This document shows, piece by piece, positions 47,345 through 56,959 of a DNA stretch of 64,000 bases. The position numbers and the translations under genes are program-made. The stretch is from the IMG/VR virus record IMGVR_UViG_3300020428_001187, positions 4,245 to 68,244 of that record; one strand, written 5' to 3'. The notes under the pieces are model-generated. The model worked only from the letters and a program-made list of their open reading frames with translations. It searched no databases and had not been told where the DNA came from. The stretch is from a virus. How positions within the stretch are numbered: position 1 is the stretch's first letter; every line of letters begins with the position of its first letter.

Positions 47345-49295
47345 TTTTCATAAGTTGCATGATCTCTTTTAAACTTCCATTGATCATGTGTACTCTAGCT
47401 TCTTTTTGTCCACGTAAACGTAGTGAATCGTATCTATGATGTCCGTTAATGATATAACCATCTCTATCAACTAGTATAGGAGAGTATTTCTTATCGCCTG
47501 TGCGTTGTAATGCTTTACCTAGTTTAGCCCAGCTACGATCACGTTGTACGGGCTTTAGCTTGTCTAATGGTGTTTTACCCTTACGTGCAATAAACTTATC
47601 TACATCTTTGCTCTTAACTTGTGGAGGTTCTTTGCCATCTGTTGGTTCTGGGTCAAAGTTATGATCCTGATATCCTGATACATTACCAACTTGATATCCT
47701 AAACGTTTTAAGTTAGCAATCATATGTTTAGCTTCTTTATCTCCTCCAAAGAAGTTCAGCATAATATCTTGATCGCCCATGTTAGCATCATCTGGTTCAG
47801 TTGTTGCTATGTTGGCCATGTTACGTCCTAGTTTCATAAAGTCGTAATCAGTAGCATCTGAATCTACTGAATAACTGTTTTTAGGAAATGGTATAAGATC
47901 GCCTTCTTTTGCCATCTTGGTTGCTGTTGCATACATAACCGCATCAGCATCTTTACCGTAACGTTTTTTAAAGTCCTTTGAATTTTTCTTCATACCTTTT
48001 ACGAAACGTTCCTTGTCTTTCTCTTCGCCTTTTGTCAATTCTCTCTCCGTAGCTGGTTGTTCAAAATATTGTTTTAAATTTTTAGCAGTTCTTTCAAACT
48101 TATGATCTTTATGTTTAAATCCTACACCACCTGATGCTTCCCACTTACTAACGTTCTGACCAAAGTCATCAATTAGTATGTTTGGAGTGCCATCTGAATT
48201 TTTAGCATACTTGCTTTTCTGTGCAGTAATAATTACTTCTTTTGGTGGAAATGCTTTTAGGTTCTTTTCAACCCATTCTTTTTTACTAGGTTCTACTCTA
48301 GGGTCATCAGCCATTGGTGCTGAAAGTATAGAGTACTCACCTTTAATATCTTTAATAATAGATAGTAAGTTATCTGCATTAGAAGTAGGTTTTAGATTAA
48401 TCCAAAAGTCTTTTGTATCTCTAATTTTTTGTAATGCGGCATCTACGTCTTTGATTTCTTTCCAATCGCTAACACCCATCATCTTAGTCCACGGACCAAA
48501 GAAGTCTACAAGAACTCCGTCCATGTCAACGTATATCTTACTTGCACTTGACAATTCTGTTTCGTCTTCGTTTGCTTTGTTATTGCCCTTGTTCTTAAAG
48601 TCAAATCTGTTGTTAGGTCCTTTTCCTGCTTTATGTACTAAACCCATTGGTTTAATAGTTTGAGGCATAATCTTCCATTCGTTCCATATTTCTTTCCTTG
48701 ACTCTACCAACCCATCTGGTACATCAAATTGCCATACTTTGCCTTTACCAGTTGCTTTCATTACAGCAGTAAGTCTTGTATTACCGCCTACTAGTTCTAA
48801 ATGCCCGTCACTGTAACTTGCAACAATAGGTAATTCAATTGAACCTTTTTCTAGTTGTTTTAATGCTCTTGCTTGTTTATCTTTATCAAGGTTATCAAAG
48901 TCTTTAACATTAACAGCATCAGTATTACTCATCTTTTGAACTGTTTTAGTATTGTATTCAACTACTTTGCCTTTATTTACAAGCTCAATCCATTTATCCT
49001 TACCTATCTTTTTAAATTCTTCATAACGTGTTGCTTCGTCCCACTCGCTATCAAGATTAGGCTTTGTATATGTTATATCCTTTCTAGACTCTGCCATGCC
49101 CAAATTAAATAATGTATTTGGGTCACTGTTTTTATGAGCCTTCTTGTGCATATTATATACTGGAACTCCTTTTTTGTCAACCTTTAATCCTAGTTTGGCC
49201 GCTTGTTTCTTGATTGCGTCAGGACCTACGTCGTGTGTAGTGTTAACACCCGGTACAATTAATCCAACACCTTCGTAGAGTTGACGTAGTTTCAT
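47340..49295 (-). CDS. Modular protein: ParB/Srx-like + HAD 5'(3')-nucleotidase-like + ParB/Srx-like
   Basis: LPIV...GGNTRL; YVDMDGVLVDF...LIDD; PILVDRDGYIINGHHR; N-terminus MKLRQLYE. Confidence 0.7.
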   Translation of the reverse strand: MKLRQLYEGVGLIVPGVNTTHDVGPDAIKKQAAKLGLKVDKKGVPVYNMHKKAHKNSDPNTLFNLGMAESRKDITYTKPNLDSEWDEATRYEEFKKIGKDKWIELVNKGKVVEYNTKTVQKMSNTDAVNVKDFDNLDKDKQARALKQLEKGSIELPIVASYSDGHLELVGGNTRLTAVMKATGKGKVWQFDVPDGLVESRKEIWNEWKIMPQTIKPMGLVHKAGKGPNNRFDFKNKGNNKANEDETELSSASKIYVDMDGVLVDFFGPWTKMMGVSDWKEIKDVDAALQKIRDTKDFWINLKPTSNADNLLSIIKDIKGEYSILSAPMADDPRVEPSKKEWVEKNLKAFPPKEVIITAQKSKYAKNSDGTPNILIDDFGQNVSKWEASGGVGFKHKDHKFERTAKNLKQYFEQPATERELTKGEEKDKERFVKGMKKNSKDFKKRYGKDADAVMYATATKMAKEGDLIPFPKNSYSVDSDATDYDFMKLGRNMANIATTEPDDANMGDQDIMLNFFGGDKEAKHMIANLKRLGYQVGNVSGYQDHNFDPEPTDGKEPPQVKSKDVDKFIARKGKTPLDKLKPVQRDRSWAKLGKALQRTGDKKYSPILVDRDGYIINGHHRYDSLRLRGQKEARVHMINGSLKEIMQLMKR

Positions 49296-49513
49296 TTCTT
49301 TTTTCTTCCTCTAAAACTAGGAACACCGGTCATATAAGGTTTACCAAACCAAAGTTTAAACCAATCCTTATCTCCAGGCTTTAGCCCTAACTTCTTTTCT
49401 TTTTTTCTAATGGCAGTTGCAGTGATACTAGGATTCTCGTCTACTTTGTATTCAGTATATCCTGTAAACTCATTAATACCTGCTAGTTTCTGTAATCTTT
49501 TTATATCGTCCAT
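49292..49513 (-). CDS. Small putative internal head protein
   Basis: MDDIKRLQKLAGINE; PG...WF..WF. Confidence 0.55.
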   Translation of the reverse strand: MDDIKRLQKLAGINEFTGYTEYKVDENPSITATAIRKKEKKLGLKPGDKDWFKLWFGKPYMTGVPSFRGRKKK

Positions 49514-50541
49514 TACTTCTTCTTGCCACTTTTCATATTAGCACACCAGTGATACATCTTTGCTTTTTCACCTGATGCCTTCTTTGCTCTTGCTCTTAGA
49601 TCAGTTACTGATCCGTTGCAACTTGCACCAGACTTTTTAACACGACCTGGTCTGCTTTTACCTTTTTTTTTACCGTCTGCAAAGTTTTCATCTTGCTTGT
49701 ACGTAAATTTAAAGTTTAAATTCTTAAAAAGATTTACAGTTGTCTTTGCACTTCTTAAAGCCTTTTGCATAAGCTCTTGTTCGTCTTCTGATCTGCCATC
49801 ATAAAAACGTAAAAATTTGTTTGCTTCAGATGGTTCAATATAAACTTTACCACCTACACTTATTTCATTTGAATCTGCGTTCCAACTTAATGGAAAAGGT
49901 TTGCCGTCACTTCTACTTGCTATGTTATTAAGTACATCTAGTTTAGGCTTCTGTTGTTTAACTACTAGCTCGTCTAGGTTTTCTTGTACACCCATACCAG
50001 CCTTAACTTTAGTAAACATCATCTGTGCTAGTTTCTCATCTCCAGCAACACCTTGTTTGAAAGTTTCAAAATCACCTTCAGCGGCCGCGGCTTTCATTTT
50101 ACTTGCACTCATTCCTTCTGCACCTTCGGCATCAGGATCACGTTGACCTGCACTTACAATATTAATGCTGTCAAATGTATAATCTTTTCCGTTGTAATCA
50201 TTTAAAAGTTTTGTAAAGCTATCTACTCTATCACTACCAGCTACATAAATTATATCTGTGTAACCTTTTGCTTCTAAACTTTTCATAGCATCGATAATAG
50301 TTCTTACTTTATTATCACCAATAGCAATACCACTAAAACTTTTTTGTGCAAAGAATACTTTTTCTGCAAATGACAAAGGATCTGTCTTAGGTTTTTGCGT
50401 ATGTGTTAAGAATAGAAAAGGTTCGCCTTGTTGACTTTTTATTACGTCAACTAATTTTGCGTGTCCTATAGTAGGTGGGTTCATTCGCCCAAAGGCAAAT
50501 ACGGCAGTCTTAGAAGCTTCGAATAGCTCTCGCAGAAACAC
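49513..50541 (-). CDS. Cytidylyltransferase-like (HxGH) nucleotidyltransferase with extra modules
   Basis: FGRMNPPTIGH, AGSDR, GMSASKM; N-terminus MFLRELFE; basic C-terminal module. Confidence 0.8.
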   Translation of the reverse strand: MFLRELFEASKTAVFAFGRMNPPTIGHAKLVDVIKSQQGEPFLFLTHTQKPKTDPLSFAEKVFFAQKSFSGIAIGDNKVRTIIDAMKSLEAKGYTDIIYVAGSDRVDSFTKLLNDYNGKDYTFDSINIVSAGQRDPDAEGAEGMSASKMKAAAAEGDFETFKQGVAGDEKLAQMMFTKVKAGMGVQENLDELVVKQQKPKLDVLNNIASRSDGKPFPLSWNADSNEISVGGKVYIEPSEANKFLRFYDGRSEDEQELMQKALRSAKTTVNLFKNLNFKFTYKQDENFADGKKKGKSRPGRVKKSGASCNGSVTDLRARAKKASGEKAKMYHWCANMKSGKKK

Positions 50542-50879
50542 TAGTACTCTCCATCTCTAATCATCTCCATTTCGTCACCATATATCTTTTCGATGATCTC
50601 TGTTTTTTCATCGTCACTTAAAAGTTCTTCTGGTCTTTTTGGGATATCATACTTTGAGCAATAATGTTGACAGCCTTTCTCAATCATTGGCCCCATGTGT
50701 TGCATTTGATCAATTGGCTCGCCTTTTTTAAGTTTATCCTGCATAGTTGCCATTGTTGGATAATACATTTTACGATAGAAGATAGGATCGTTTCTCATGT
50801 GTTGACATAAGTCTTCAACAACATTGAATCCTAAATCTTGTTCGTATTTGTCTTCAGAAAATTCAACTAGTTTTACCAT
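50541..50879 (-). CDS. Putative internal head protein
   Basis: N-terminus MVKLVEFSE. Confidence 0.5.
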   Translation of the reverse strand: MVKLVEFSEDKYEQDLGFNVVEDLCQHMRNDPIFYRKMYYPTMATMQDKLKKGEPIDQMQHMGPMIEKGCQHYCSKYDIPKRPEELLSDDEKTEIIEKIYGDEMEMIRDGEY

Positions 50880-51247
50880 TTACGACAACTCCAATATCTT
50901 GCTTTTGTTCTTGGCCCTGGATTATCGCAGTTGTGTCTTGCACGAAAACTTCTGCGTCTTGCAGGGTTTGATTTTTTGATTCTCATATTAGGATCACCAA
51001 AGTTTACTTTTTTAACATTTTTAGTCTTTGGATCTTTGACGTATACTTTAAACTTCTTAACATCGCCTTGCATTGGCTTTCCAAGTTTTACTTTACGTCC
51101 TTGGTATTCAGCTTCGTCTACAATCTCGTCTTCGTTAAACCACATATCACCATATGCAATATAAAAATCATCACCGTCGTAAGTTTCTTCAACCCAGCGG
51201 TTTTGTTCCTCTGTTTCTTTTAAATAATCAGTAAATGTTTTAGACAT
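50873..51247 (-). CDS. Phage protein with basic C-terminal domain (putative head protein)
   Basis: MSKTFTDYLKE; RRRSFRARHNC...ARYWSCRKW; late promoter at 51269-51276. Confidence 0.65.
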   Translation of the reverse strand: MSKTFTDYLKETEEQNRWVEETYDGDDFYIAYGDMWFNEDEIVDEAEYQGRKVKLGKPMQGDVKKFKVYVKDPKTKNVKKVNFGDPNMRIKKSNPARRRSFRARHNCDNPGPRTKARYWSCRKW

Positions 51248-51287
51248 AGAATACTCCTATACTAAGAGTATTTATCACAGTTTAAAG

Positions 51288-51560
51288 CTAGACGGAAATT
51301 TCGATATCGAAGTTATTGTGGCCTAAATCAAACAATTTGTGTGCTAAACGTTCAGCTATGACGCTTGATTCTTCATCGTTTAGCTGTTTATGTAGCTCTA
51401 CAGCAAGTACAGAGCCACCCTCTATAGTATCATATGTTTCGTAGTTAGTTTCTTCTTCTAATAAGGCCTCATCAGCACACTCTAGCACAGTATCAACTAG
51501 ATAATCGTCTACTTCACTTAAATCTTTGTTTTCCCATACTATATTAATAAAATGTTTCAT
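51288..51560 (-). CDS. Acidic hypothetical protein
   Basis: AAGG SD; N-terminus MKHFINIVWE. Confidence 0.55.
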   Translation of the reverse strand: MKHFINIVWENKDLSEVDDYLVDTVLECADEALLEEETNYETYDTIEGGSVLAVELHKQLNDEESSVIAERLAHKLFDLGHNNFDIEISV

Positions 51561-51569
51561 GATTATACC

Positions 51570-51908
51570 TTAATGATTCAGCAATATGCTTTGTACAGTT
51601 CCGCTTGTAAATGTTACTACTGCTCTAACCCATACAAAGTTACCTGTAAAATTGTAAAAATAAGAACCTTCTGTTCCCATGGATTCAGTACCATCAATGT
51701 CAAAGTAGTCCGCTTCTGCAGGATCAGTTGCAAGTGTTCCTTGCATTTTTATAGTACCGTTAAAGCCTGCAACGTTGTATTGTACTGTATGAAATCCATC
51801 TGCTCTGCCATAGTAACCGTCACCTTTAAACTTGGTACCTGTTACTGTAGAAGAAGTAGAGTCTCCTGCGTGTACTTGGTTTGACATTATTGTTTCTGAA
51901 CTGGACAT
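51570..51908 (-). CDS. Small beta-rich virion protein
   Basis: NFTGNFVWVRA; GATAAATA-ATAAT-ATG late promoter (51914-51921). Confidence 0.55.
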   Translation of the reverse strand: MSSSETIMSNQVHAGDSTSSTVTGTKFKGDGYYGRADGFHTVQYNVAGFNGTIKMQGTLATDPAEADYFDIDGTESMGTEGSYFYNFTGNFVWVRAVVTFTSGTVQSILLNH

Positions 51909-51912
51909 ATTA

Positions 51913-52566
51913 TTATTTATCCGAATATACTAGCCTATCGATCCTCATGATATTGTTATGTAAGAACAATCTAACTATGGTAAGTATCTTGTCATCTTTT
52001 ACATACAAGTACTTGCCCTTCAAATCTCTACCCTGCTGTAAATCACGTATAAGCCTATCACCTGCTTTTACCTTGCTAGTGTTTTTTACACAATAATCTG
52101 CAAAGTTCTTATCAGCAGTTCCATTAAGGTTAATTTTGTAATTGTACTCGGAAGGCTTGTCTAAGTATATTGTATTCTTTTCTAGTGTATCTACTGTTGG
52201 TTCCCATAACCAAGGAACATCATTTATTTTTCTTGAAATCTTCTTCAACCAATCGATATCATTGGAGTATATGCCTAGTCTTGATCCTTCACATCTAAGC
52301 ATAAAGTCTACATCATCTTGGAAAGCATTTACAAGTATCTTAAGATCATCAAAGTCTTCAACTTTTATCTCTTGTTCTTTCTGTGACCACCTATGCATTT
52401 TAAAAGTTAGTGGTTCTCCTTGTGTGGACTTACGTTGTAATTGATCTATAATAACTCTAGCATTGTCAAGACGTTTGTTTCTAAAGATATGTGTGCCAGA
52501 ATTGTACACACCTAGCTTATAAGCATACTTGTCCCAGAAGAGTTTATTAGTTTGTCTTTTGATCAA
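51913..52566 (-). CDS. Hypothetical protein
   Basis: ORF overlapping the clpA end. Confidence 0.6.
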   Translation of the reverse strand: MIKRQTNKLFWDKYAYKLGVYNSGTHIFRNKRLDNARVIIDQLQRKSTQGEPLTFKMHRWSQKEQEIKVEDFDDLKILVNAFQDDVDFMLRCEGSRLGIYSNDIDWLKKISRKINDVPWLWEPTVDTLEKNTIYLDKPSEYNYKINLNGTADKNFADYCVKNTSKVKAGDRLIRDLQQGRDLKGKYLYVKDDKILTIVRLFLHNNIMRIDRLVYSDK

Positions 52567-54805
52567 TTTTCTCTCGCTTCTTAACTTTGGTATTTAATAC
52601 AAATTCTTTTTCGTTAATATCTATATTTAAAGTACCGCCATCTTTTAAGTCACCAAACAAGAGTTTTTTGGATAAAGGTGTCTTGATGTCTCTATCAATT
52701 ACACGTTGTAAAGGTCTTGCACCCATCTTAGCATCAAAGCCTTTGTCAACTAGTAAGTCAATAGCACTATCAGATACAGTAGTTGTAACACCTTTCTCTG
52801 TAAGCATATTTTTTAGTTCTAGTAAGAATTTACCAACAATCTTGATCATAGTATTCTTTTCAAGTTTGTTAAACGTCATTGTTCCGTCTAATCTATTCCT
52901 AAATTCAGGTGCAAAGAATTTTTTAAGTTCTTTATCTTCATATTCTTTTTCCATTTCACCAAAGCCAATAGCATTAGTTTCAGCTTCTTGTGAACCTAAG
53001 TTAGTAGTTAGGATTAAAACAATATTTCTACAGTCGGCTGTCTTACCATTAGATCCTGTAACAAATCCATTGTCCATAATTTGTAGTAATAATGAACTTA
53101 CATCAGGATGTGACTTTTCTATTTCATCTAATAATAGTACACAGTTAGGATGTTCTTGTAATTTGGTAATTAACAATCCTGCATTTTCTTCAAAGCCAAC
53201 ATAGCCCGGAGGAGAACCAATTAGTTTTGATACAGAATGTTTCTCTTGGTATTCTGACATATCAAATCTAACAAGTTTTACACCAAGTTGTTTGGATAGT
53301 TGTCTAGCAGTTTCAGTTTTACCAACACCTGTTGGACCCATAAACACAAACGACCCAATTGGTTTGTTTTCTGCTTTAAGTCCTGCTTGAGCAACAAGTA
53401 TCTTATCAACTATTTGATCTACTGCTTTATCTTGACCGTATATTTCGCCTTTTAGATTCTTTTCTAAGTTAGCAAGGTTGCTTGATTCTTTTTCTTTAAC
53501 TGTTTCCTCTGGCAAGTTAACTGCTTTAGAAAGTTCAAACTGTATTTCTTCTTCAGTAATAACCTTTTCTGCCTTAGGATCTTTCAAATTAAATCTTGAA
53601 CAAGCACAATCAATCAAATCAATTGCTTTATCAGGAAGTTTCTTATCTGACTGATACTTAACACTTAATTTAATTGCACTTTCAATAGCTTCTTCTGTAA
53701 TAGTTGTCTTATGAAACTCTTCGTAATACTTTTTAATACCTAACAAGATATCTTTTGTCATCTCTTTGCTAGGCTCGTCTACAGTTACTCTAGCAAATCT
53801 ACGCATCAATGCTCTATCTTTTTCAAAATACTTTCTATATTCTTCCCAAGTGGTTGATGCAACGACTTTAATATTACCTTTGGTTAATACAGGCTTTAAC
53901 ATATTAGCAAGATCGTTGGAACTTTGTCCACCACCTGCACCTGCACCATTCATCATATGTGCTTCATCAATAAACACGATAGTTTTACCACGTTTCTTAA
54001 GAGCGGCCATAACTAATTTAAAACGTTCTTCAAAGTCTCCTCTGTATTTAGAACCTGCTAACATTGATCCAATGTCTAAGTTGTAAACACTATACTCTTT
54101 TAGAAACTCTGGTACTGTTTTATTAACGATGTTCCAGGCAAGGCCTTCAGCAATAGCTGTTTTACCTACACCTGGATCACCTACTAGCAACACGTTATTC
54201 TTTGCACGTCTACCTAAGGCAAGTGCAATAGAATCTAATTCGTCTATTCGTCCTATAACAGGATCTATTTTTCCTTGATCAACTTCAGCATTAAGATTAG
54301 TTGTAAATGAACGTAAAGCTCTAGTAGCCATACCTGCCATTTCTTCATCTTCATAGTTGTCAGCCATCTCATTGTTAAGATAGTCAGCAAACTTATCCTT
54401 ATCAATGTTAGTTTTTGCAATATGATAGTATGACCAGCTTTTCTTTTCATTCATAATGCTTAAGAAAACATCTGAACAATCAATGTGGCTTCTACCACTA
54501 AACAATACTTGAGTAAATGCCCTATTCAACACTCTTTCTACTGCGTGTGTTTTCTTAGGCTTATACTTTTTAGCTACTGCCGGATCCATCTGAATTTTTT
54601 CAGTCTGGGTCTTTAAATAATTTTCAACATTCTTTTTAAGGAACTCTGGATCTGATCCATATCCTTCTATAATTTTAGCAAAGGACGACTCGCAAAGCAT
54701 AGCAAATAATAAATGCTCAAGGGTAACGTACTCATGTTGTAGCTTCTTAGCTACATCAACTGCTTTATCAAATACTAACTGTAACTGTTCGCTCGGTTCA
54801 ACCAT
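52547..54805 (-). CDS. clpA: ATP-dependent Clp protease ATPase subunit
   Basis: Clp N-domain (HEYVTLEHLL), GDPGVGKT, GPTGVGKT, IGF ClpP-docking loop, GARPL; no ClpB middle domain. Confidence 0.92.
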   Translation of the reverse strand: MVEPSEQLQLVFDKAVDVAKKLQHEYVTLEHLLFAMLCESSFAKIIEGYGSDPEFLKKNVENYLKTQTEKIQMDPAVAKKYKPKKTHAVERVLNRAFTQVLFSGRSHIDCSDVFLSIMNEKKSWSYYHIAKTNIDKDKFADYLNNEMADNYEDEEMAGMATRALRSFTTNLNAEVDQGKIDPVIGRIDELDSIALALGRRAKNNVLLVGDPGVGKTAIAEGLAWNIVNKTVPEFLKEYSVYNLDIGSMLAGSKYRGDFEERFKLVMAALKKRGKTIVFIDEAHMMNGAGAGGGQSSNDLANMLKPVLTKGNIKVVASTTWEEYRKYFEKDRALMRRFARVTVDEPSKEMTKDILLGIKKYYEEFHKTTITEEAIESAIKLSVKYQSDKKLPDKAIDLIDCACSRFNLKDPKAEKVITEEEIQFELSKAVNLPEETVKEKESSNLANLEKNLKGEIYGQDKAVDQIVDKILVAQAGLKAENKPIGSFVFMGPTGVGKTETARQLSKQLGVKLVRFDMSEYQEKHSVSKLIGSPPGYVGFEENAGLLITKLQEHPNCVLLLDEIEKSHPDVSSLLLQIMDNGFVTGSNGKTADCRNIVLILTTNLGSQEAETNAIGFGEMEKEYEDKELKKFFAPEFRNRLDGTMTFNKLEKNTMIKIVGKFLLELKNMLTEKGVTTTVSDSAIDLLVDKGFDAKMGARPLQRVIDRDIKTPLSKKLLFGDLKDGGTLNIDINEKEFVLNTKVKKREKIDQKTN

Positions 54806-55337
54806 ATAATTTTGTGTCCTTAACTTGTCTTGTAATCCGTTTCATTAATTTGTTCTGCTTCTTCTTTGCCATGTCTAATCTCAACTTGCTTACTCTGTCT
54901 ATGTAGTTGATTCCGTATAGATGATCATATTCATGACCAAAGATTCTTGCATTCCAACCTTGTAACTCTATTGTACACTCTTTTCCGCTAGAGTCAAGAC
55001 ACTCTGTTACCAATCCAACTGGTCTTTTAACTTTAAAGTACAATAAAGGAAAACTTAAACAACCTTCTTCGCCTTCTATCATCTCCTCACTTACCGCAGT
55101 AATTTTAGGATTGATAATTGCAAATGGTTTGCCGTCCTCGTAGTCTTTTAAACCTTCTGGTTTAATAATGAATATCTGTGAATCAAGTTCAACTTGATTA
55201 GCCGCTAATCCTACTCCTTGATTCTTGTCCATGATATCAATCATTTCAGATTCAATCTTTTTAGCGTCTTGTTTGTCAAAGTCAAAAGGTTTAACCTTTT
55301 TCTCTAACCAATCATTTGGGTGATATATCAATTTCAT
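54798..55337 (-). CDS. def: Peptide deformylase
   Basis: GVGLAANQ, EGCLS, HEYDH. Confidence 0.95.
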   Translation of the reverse strand: MKLIYHPNDWLEKKVKPFDFDKQDAKKIESEMIDIMDKNQGVGLAANQVELDSQIFIIKPEGLKDYEDGKPFAIINPKITAVSEEMIEGEEGCLSFPLLYFKVKRPVGLVTECLDSSGKECTIELQGWNARIFGHEYDHLYGINYIDRVSKLRLDMAKKKQNKLMKRITRQVKDTKLYG

Positions 55338-56178
55338 CTTTTATCTTTGCTAGTTTCTCTCTTGTTTGTTCATCATTAATCGTTGGCGTTATGCCTAATA
55401 CCTTAACAAATAAGTTTCCCGTTTGTCCTGATCTTTGATCTGGTAATCCTTGTCCGCTTATACTAAAAGTTGTGTTGGAGTTTGTGCCTGGTGGAACATT
55501 AACACTTAAGGTTCTTCCGTGTAATGTCTCTACTCTTATGTTTGTGCCTAATAACAAATCGAATACACTTACATTCCTTGTTATATATAAATTTATGCCT
55601 TCCACGTCATACTCGGGGTGCCTTTTGACTCTTACTTTAACCATTAAGTTACCTCTAGGCATATTAGGTACTTGATCACCACCCATTCCTGGATAACGTA
55701 TTGTATCTCCTGGGCGTACACCCTTTGGTAGTGTGATGTTTACTGTCTGTTGTTTGCCACTAGGTAATCTAAAATTGGCTATTAGTTCTTTGCCCTTTAT
55801 AATATCTTCAAGTTCGATATCAGCGGCTATTGTAATGTCTTGATTACGCATTTGTCTTTGCCTAAAAGGACTATTTGGCTGTGCAAATCCGTCGCCAAAG
55901 AATGTAGAAAAGATATCATTCATATCTCCGCCATTGAAATGGAAAGTTGTACCGTTTTGTGAGAAGCCTTGCTGTTGTGGATCAGTAGTTCCAAACTGAT
56001 CATACATCTGTCGCTTCTGTGGATCTTTTAATGCCGAGTAGGCTTCGTTTACTTCTTTGAATTTGGCTTCATCGCCACCTCTGTCAGGGTGGTGTTGCAT
56101 ACTTTGTTTCTTATATGCTTTCTTTAGTTCAGAGTCTGAAGCTGTTTTATCAACACCTAGTATATCGTAATAGTCCAT
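55312..56178 (-). CDS. DnaJ/CbpA-type co-chaperone (no Zn finger)
   Basis: J-domain HPD, G/F region, C-terminal domains. Confidence 0.92.
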   Translation of the reverse strand: MDYYDILGVDKTASDSELKKAYKKQSMQHHPDRGGDEAKFKEVNEAYSALKDPQKRQMYDQFGTTDPQQQGFSQNGTTFHFNGGDMNDIFSTFFGDGFAQPNSPFRQRQMRNQDITIAADIELEDIIKGKELIANFRLPSGKQQTVNITLPKGVRPGDTIRYPGMGGDQVPNMPRGNLMVKVRVKRHPEYDVEGINLYITRNVSVFDLLLGTNIRVETLHGRTLSVNVPPGTNSNTTFSISGQGLPDQRSGQTGNLFVKVLGITPTINDEQTREKLAKIKDEIDISPK

Positions 56179-56183
56179 ACTAT

Positions 56184-56191
56184 TACTTATC
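56184..56191 (-). promoter_or_regulatory. Late promoter variant GATAAGTA, leaderless arrangement
   Basis: GATAAGTA-ATAGT-ATG(56178). Confidence 0.55.
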
Positions 56192-56201
56192 GGTGCTTAT
56201 G

Positions 56202-56540
56202 TTACTTTTTACCTGATCGTGAACCCGTATATAGTCCAAACCAAGCCGCACCAGCACCTACTACAATGCTAACCAAACCTGATTGTTCCATTGTTGGTCC
56301 TGGTAAAGCCATGTACCATATTACCACTTTATATAATAAAAATATATAAGTTGTAATAAAGATACGTGGAAATATTCTCCAACTATCTACTGCTTTCGCA
56401 AGATCGATAAGTCCTTGATACTTGTTTTTTGAACTGTCAACAACATTAGTATCAACTTCTAATTCTATATTCACTTTTTTCGTAGTGTCTGCCACAGGCT
56501 TTGCCCCCTTCTTATCTACAATTTTATTTTCTTTTTCCAT
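56202..56540 (-). CDS. Two-TM membrane protein (holin candidate)
   Basis: WRIFPR followed by two TM helices; near lysis genes. Confidence 0.5.
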   Translation of the reverse strand: MEKENKIVDKKGAKPVADTTKKVNIELEVDTNVVDSSKNKYQGLIDLAKAVDSWRIFPRIFITTYIFLLYKVVIWYMALPGPTMEQSGLVSIVVGAGAAWFGLYTGSRSGKK

Positions 56541-56958
56541 TTTTTAATTCTTTTATATGTATTTCGTTTTCTTTTATTCTTTGTGTTTGTGCCTTGTCGA
56601 TCATCTCTTGTAGTCTTCGCCCTTTTTCTGCTTTGCTGTCTAAGTGTAAATCTTTGTTTATAATCTTTTCAAGTTTATGAAATTTTAATCTATCATTTGG
56701 TATAAATTGCCATACATAACCTTTGTCTTTATAAACACCAAACACACTTTCACGTAATCCTATCTTAACAATAATTGCATCATGGTCATCTAATATGATA
56801 TGATCGCCTTCATTGAATGCTGAATTCATCTTAAACTTTAATCCACTCATCAAATTAACTGCGAAGTCTTTGAACCAGAAAACTGCTGACAGCGATATTA
56901 AAATAGCTATCCAGGGAGCAAGTACATCTGCGAGATCTAGTCCTAATTGGTCAAACAT
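56524..56958 (-). CDS. Minimal MscS-like membrane protein
   Basis: TM, KDF..N..SG, FNEGD, I.KIGLR, IPN. Confidence 0.55.
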   Translation of the reverse strand: MFDQLGLDLADVLAPWIAILISLSAVFWFKDFAVNLMSGLKFKMNSAFNEGDHIILDDHDAIIVKIGLRESVFGVYKDKGYVWQFIPNDRLKFHKLEKIINKDLHLDSKAEKGRRLQEMIDKAQTQRIKENEIHIKELKNGKRK

Positions 56959-56959
56959 T

